From assembly GCA_963666055.2 (NCBI GenBank), contig CAXWPH010000002.1:115427-179426 (forward strand): 64,000 nt of DNA, read 5' to 3'. Positions 60,400 to 64,000 of the stretch are shown here, in pieces. Origin of the DNA: Acidobacteriota bacterium (GTDB taxonomy: Bacteria > Acidobacteriota > UBA890 > WLXD01). Position numbers and translations under genes: made by a program. The notes beneath the pieces were generated by a model. That model saw only the letters and a list, made by a program, of their open reading frames with translations, had not been told where the DNA came from and ran no database searches. Each line of letters begins with the position of its first letter. Within the stretch, counting starts at the first letter, position 1.

Positions 60400-60956
60400 A
60401 AGTTCTCGTCGGCTCGACAAACCCGGTGAAGCGTGCCTCGGTAGAGGAGGCGTTCGGACTCTTCTTCGATACTCCTCATGTGCGGGGCGTGGCGGTTCCC
60501 TCGGGGGTGCCCGACCAGCCGGTCAACGACGAGACGTTGATCGGTGCACGCAATCGGGCGACGGCGCTGCGCGCCCTTCGCGAAGACCGTGAAGTCGACT
60601 ATTTCGTCGGTATCGAGGGTGGAATCGTCGAGCAAGCCGAGCGGGTGTTCGCGTTCGGCGGCATGTGCGTGGTCGATCGACAGGGTCGTGAGGCTCTGGG
60701 CAGCTCGCCTCACTTCGAGCTGCCACCTAACGTCGCCCGCCAGGTGCTGGCGGGACGCGAGCTGGGCATGGTGATCGATGAAATCACCGGCCAGCAGAAC
60801 AGCAAGCACAAGGGCGGAGCGATCGGATACTTCACGCGCGGTGTGATGGACCGTCGCGCACTGTACGTAGCCGGCCTCGTGGTCACGCTGGTGCCGTTCT
60901 TGAATCATGCCTTGTACTTCAACGACGGCTCGGTGCAATCGGTAGGCGGGGCGTGA
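60396..60956 (+). CDS. yjjX: inosine/xanthosine triphosphatase (non-canonical purine NTPase, YjjX/DUF84)
   Basis: MKVLVGSTNPVK, SGVPDQP and FVGIEGGI motifs. ATGA overlap upstream. Confidence 0.85.
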   Translation: MKVLVGSTNPVKRASVEEAFGLFFDTPHVRGVAVPSGVPDQPVNDETLIGARNRATALRALREDREVDYFVGIEGGIVEQAERVFAFGGMCVVDRQGREALGSSPHFELPPNVARQVLAGRELGMVIDEITGQQNSKHKGGAIGYFTRGVMDRRALYVAGLVVTLVPFLNHALYFNDGSVQSVGGA

Positions 60957-61381
60957 GCGCCGTGCCGGGCCCGCGCGTCGGCGGCATCGTAGAGACCTCG
61001 CTCTACGTGTCAGATCTCGATCGCGCCGAGCGCTTCTATCGACGTCTGTTTGGCTTCGAACGGCTTGTCGGGGACGATCGTATGCGGGCGCTGGCTGTCT
61101 GCGAGCGGCAGGTGCTGCTGCTGTTTCGTCGCGGCGGCTCTCTGCAGTCCATAGAAACGTCTGAGGGCACGATCCCGCCTCACGACGGCGTCGGGCAGCT
61201 GCACGTGGCGTTTGCCTCTCGAGCCGATGAGCTCGACGATTGGGGGCGCCGCCTGGCGGCCGCGGGCATCGAGGTCGAGAGTCGGATGCGATGGCCGGCC
61301 GGGGGAGAGAGCGTGTTCTTCCGCGACCCCGATGGCCATCTGGTCGAGCTGGTCACTCCGGGCTTGTGGGCAGTGTACTGA
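60953..61381 (+). CDS. VOC (glyoxalase/bleomycin-resistance/dioxygenase) family protein
   Basis: VSDLDRAERFYRRLFGF, H(V)AF and FFRDPDGHLVEL. Confidence 0.85.
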   Translation: MSAVPGPRVGGIVETSLYVSDLDRAERFYRRLFGFERLVGDDRMRALAVCERQVLLLFRRGGSLQSIETSEGTIPPHDGVGQLHVAFASRADELDDWGRRLAAAGIEVESRMRWPAGGESVFFRDPDGHLVELVTPGLWAVY

Positions 61382-61397
61382 GGCTGATAGCGCATCG

Positions 61398-62333
61398 ATG
61401 CTTGGCGAACGGAGCTTGGGCTGGCTGGCGATTGCGGTGTGCTCGATCGCCGCCTGTGGCCCCGCAGATGGCGACCCCGAACCGCTCGTTCCTGGCGCTG
61501 TGCATCGCTTCGAGACGGTTGGCGAAGAGCGCTGGCACTGGGTGGAGTCGGGTTCTGGTCCGCCGCTCGTCGTCCTGCACGGCTTCCCCGAGAGCTGGTA
61601 CGCCTGGAGCGAGCTTGTCGAGACGATGGCCTCTGATTTCCGCGTGCTGGCTGTCGATCTCAAGGGCGCGGGGCTGTCTAGCACTAGCGACGGCGACTAT
61701 AGCGTCGCGGCGATGGCCGACGAGCTGGCCGCGCTGCTCGAGCAGATCGGCGTCGATCGGTTCTACCTCGCAGGCCACGACTGGGGCGGGCTGGTCGGAG
61801 CGCGGCTGGCTGGCGAGCATCCGCAGCGAGTTATCGCCTACGCACACGTCAGCGCGCCGGTCGAACGCTACGACCTGAGCCGCATGGCCGATCTGCGCGA
61901 CTTGTACAACGATCCCGAATCGGCGACCGCCCTGATGTTGAACGCCGAGCTGTTCGTAAAGCGGATGCTGGGCCTCACCGTGGCGGGGGGAGTCGAGGCG
62001 CTCTCAGCACAGCGCGTACAGCACCATATCGACTCCTTCGGTCGGGGCGATGTCCGCGCCGCAATGGCGCGCTATTTCCGTGATCTGGACCTTGACGAGG
62101 GCTGGCGCCTCGGCGGACGCGCGCGAGCCGACTGGTCGCGCATGAGCTTTCCCGTCCTGGTGCTGGCCGGCGGCCGCGACCTGATGGTGCCGCTGGAGGA
62201 ATACCTCGGTGTGCACGGACGCGCCCCCGGCCTCGAACGTGTGGTGGTGATCGACGGGGCAGGGCACTATCCGCACGAGGAACGGCCCCTCGAGGTGATC
62301 GACATCCTGCAGGAGTTCTTCGAGCGAACATGA
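61398..62333 (+). CDS. alpha/beta hydrolase (epoxide-hydrolase/haloalkane-dehalogenase-like), lipoprotein
   Basis: LAIAVCSIAACG lipobox, VVLHGFPESWYAW, GHDWGG nucleophile elbow and GHYPHEE. Confidence 0.85.
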   Translation: MLGERSLGWLAIAVCSIAACGPADGDPEPLVPGAVHRFETVGEERWHWVESGSGPPLVVLHGFPESWYAWSELVETMASDFRVLAVDLKGAGLSSTSDGDYSVAAMADELAALLEQIGVDRFYLAGHDWGGLVGARLAGEHPQRVIAYAHVSAPVERYDLSRMADLRDLYNDPESATALMLNAELFVKRMLGLTVAGGVEALSAQRVQHHIDSFGRGDVRAAMARYFRDLDLDEGWRLGGRARADWSRMSFPVLVLAGGRDLMVPLEEYLGVHGRAPGLERVVVIDGAGHYPHEERPLEVIDILQEFFERT

Positions 62334-63310
62334 GCGAGTTTCCCGTCGTCCGCGCCGCCGTTGTGCAGGCTGCCCCGGTGCTGTTCGAGCGTGACGCCAC
62401 CATCGACAAGCTTGCCGATCTGGTTGCCGACGCCAGCGCAGCGGGAGCGCGTCTCGTGGTGCTGCCAGAGGCGTTCATCCCCGCCTATCCTCGAGGTCTC
62501 TCGTTTGGCGCTGTGGTCGGCAGCCGCAGCGAGGAAGGACGCGACCTATGGGCTCGCTACTGGGCTAACTCGGTCGACCTGGACGGGCCGGAAGGGCAGC
62601 GAGTCGCCGATATCGCCGCCCGTAACGACGTCTATCTGGCGGTCGGAGTGATCGAGAAGGACTCCGAGTTCGGTGCCGGGACGCTTTATTGCACGCTGGC
62701 CTACTTCGGCCCCGTTGGCACACTGCTCGGCAAGCATCGGAAGCTGAAACCGACCGGGTCAGAGCGCCTGATCTGGGGTGAGGGTGACGGCAGCACGCTG
62801 AGCACAGTGCACACCGAGTGGGCAACTCTTGGCGGCCTTATCTGCTGGGAGAACTACATGCCGCTCGCTCGGGCGACGATGTACGCCAAAGGTGTGGAGA
62901 TCTACATTGCGCCGACCGCCGACTGCCGAGATACATGGCAGGCGACGATGCGACACATCGCTGTAGAAGGTCGCTGCTTCGTGCTGGGCTGCAATCAGTT
63001 CGTTACGCGCGCCATGTATCCGGCCGACCTGCGCGCCAGCGCGGAGATTCAAGACCTTCCGGAAGAAGTGTGCCGCGGCGGCAGCGTCGTGTACTCGCCG
63101 CAGGGAGAGCTTCTTGCTGGACCGTTGTACGGTGCTGAAGGAATGCTGGTCGTCGAGCTGGACATGCGTGAGATAACCCGCGGCAAGTACGATTTCGACC
63201 CGGTGGGGCACTACGGTCGTCACGACGTGTTCCGTTTGAGCGTCGACGAACGACCCCAGCGCCCGTTGTACGGCGGCGGTCCCGAAAACCGTCGCCACGG
63301 CGATTCATGA
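62330..63310 (+). CDS. nitrilase (carbon-nitrogen hydrolase superfamily)
   Basis: VVLPEAF (Glu), HRKLKPT (Lys) and LICWENYMP (Cys) form the catalytic triad blocks. Confidence 0.9.
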   Translation: MSEFPVVRAAVVQAAPVLFERDATIDKLADLVADASAAGARLVVLPEAFIPAYPRGLSFGAVVGSRSEEGRDLWARYWANSVDLDGPEGQRVADIAARNDVYLAVGVIEKDSEFGAGTLYCTLAYFGPVGTLLGKHRKLKPTGSERLIWGEGDGSTLSTVHTEWATLGGLICWENYMPLARATMYAKGVEIYIAPTADCRDTWQATMRHIAVEGRCFVLGCNQFVTRAMYPADLRASAEIQDLPEEVCRGGSVVYSPQGELLAGPLYGAEGMLVVELDMREITRGKYDFDPVGHYGRHDVFRLSVDERPQRPLYGGGPENRRHGDS

Positions 63311-64000
63311 GCGAGCTAGCCGTCAGCTACGACGACGTGGTGGCCGCTGCCCGGCGTCTGCGCGGTGTCGCGCATCGGACGCCCGTGTTGAGCTCGCGCA
63401 GTTTCAACGAGCGCTGCGGCGGCACCGTGTTTTTCAAGTGCGAGAGCTTGCAGCGCAGCGGGGCATTCAAGTTCCGTGGCGCCTACAACGCGCTGTCCAA
63501 GCTGTCTCCAGACGAGGCTGCCCGCGGGGTGGTCGCCTACTCGAGTGGCAACCACGCGCAGGCGATGGCGCTTGCCGGCAAGCTTCTCGAAATCCCGGTC
63601 ACGATCGTCATGCCCGACGATGCGGCGCAGGTAAAGGTCGACGCGACGCGCGGCTACGGGGCAGGGATCGTCACCTACGACCCGCACACCGAGCGACGCG
63701 AGGAGCTCGGGGCGGCGATCCGCGACGAGCGTGGCCTGGTGCTGGTGCCGCCCTTCGACCACCCCGACATCGTCGCGGGGCAGGGGACGGCTGCGCTCGA
63801 GCTGCTTCGAGAGACGGGAGAGCTCGACATGCTCCTGACGCCGTGTGGCGGCGCTGGTCTGCTGTCGGGGTGTGCTATCGCCACTGCTGCGATGGCGCCG
63901 GGCTGCCGGGTGATCGGGGTTGAGCCCGAAGCCGGGGACGACGCCAATCGCTCGTTTCGTAGCGGCAAGCTCGAGAGCGTCGAGTATCCTGACACCATCG
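63307..64000 (+). CDS. PLP-dependent threonine/serine dehydratase-like enzyme (3' end beyond the window; absent from ORF track)
   Basis: Own translation: MSELAVSYDDVVAAARRLRGVAHRTPVLSS...CESLQRSGAFKFRGAYN (PLP-Lys), YSSGNHAQ and PCGGAGLLSG. ATGA overlap with the nitrilase stop. Confidence 0.85.
   Translation, partial: MSELAVSYDDVVAAARRLRGVAHRTPVLSSRSFNERCGGTVFFKCESLQRSGAFKFRGAYNALSKLSPDEAARGVVAYSSGNHAQAMALAGKLLEIPVTIVMPDDAAQVKVDATRGYGAGIVTYDPHTERREELGAAIRDERGLVLVPPFDHPDIVAGQGTAALELLRETGELDMLLTPCGGAGLLSGCAIATAAMAPGCRVIGVEPEAGDDANRSFRSGKLESVEYPDTI

Noticed and set aside
1-64000. Search for CRISPR arrays, IS/transposase, integrase, toxin-antitoxin or known defence-system genes
   Set aside because: No direct-repeat/spacer periodicity was seen. 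None of the ORF translations shows transposase (DDE), recombinase, nuclease-ATPase or other defence hallmarks. The window looks like core chromosome.

Overview
This is a high-GC (roughly two-thirds G+C by eye) bacterial chromosomal segment. It is densely coding on both strands, with about 60 CDS. I found no rRNA, tRNA, CRISPR array, transposase, integrase or phage genes. Gene content is mostly housekeeping and metabolic (malic enzyme, rpmB, BolA, YjjX, many secreted hydrolases). It also holds three PadR-regulator plus duplicated orphan FtsX/MacB-type permease (ADOP) modules and a VWFA-TPR protein, a combination typical of Acidobacteriota or Gemmatimonadota (inference only). Five things stand out. 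(1) A 7-gene translationally coupled isoprenoid operon at 34602-41771 (HpnG-like phosphorylase, IDI-2, class-I HMG-CoA reductase, mevalonate kinase, MDD-family decarboxylase, isopentenyl phosphate kinase, squalene synthase). It has no phosphomevalonate kinase, which points to the alternative Chloroflexi/haloarchaeal-type mevalonate route. (2) A convergent HpnN-like RND transporter operon with two uncharacterised periplasmic partners. (3) A dispersed family of CTAG-bounded, GGCC-containing palindromic intergenic repeats. It includes an 87-bp unit, a 280-bp head-to-head composite with perfect 34-bp inverted termini, and several mini or remnant copies. The copies sit exactly on stop codons and often supply them. 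(4) An isolated ~110-bp island of ~25 % GC carrying a near-consensus sigma70-type promoter. (5) Three decayed or chimeric genes: an internally deleted ADOP permease, an amidase with a GST-like tail, and a frameshifted DUF937 gene. Two edge genes (1-1045 minus, 63307-64000 plus) are missing from the supplied ORF track and were found by direct translation. All functional calls rest on motif recognition by eye; no database search was run.
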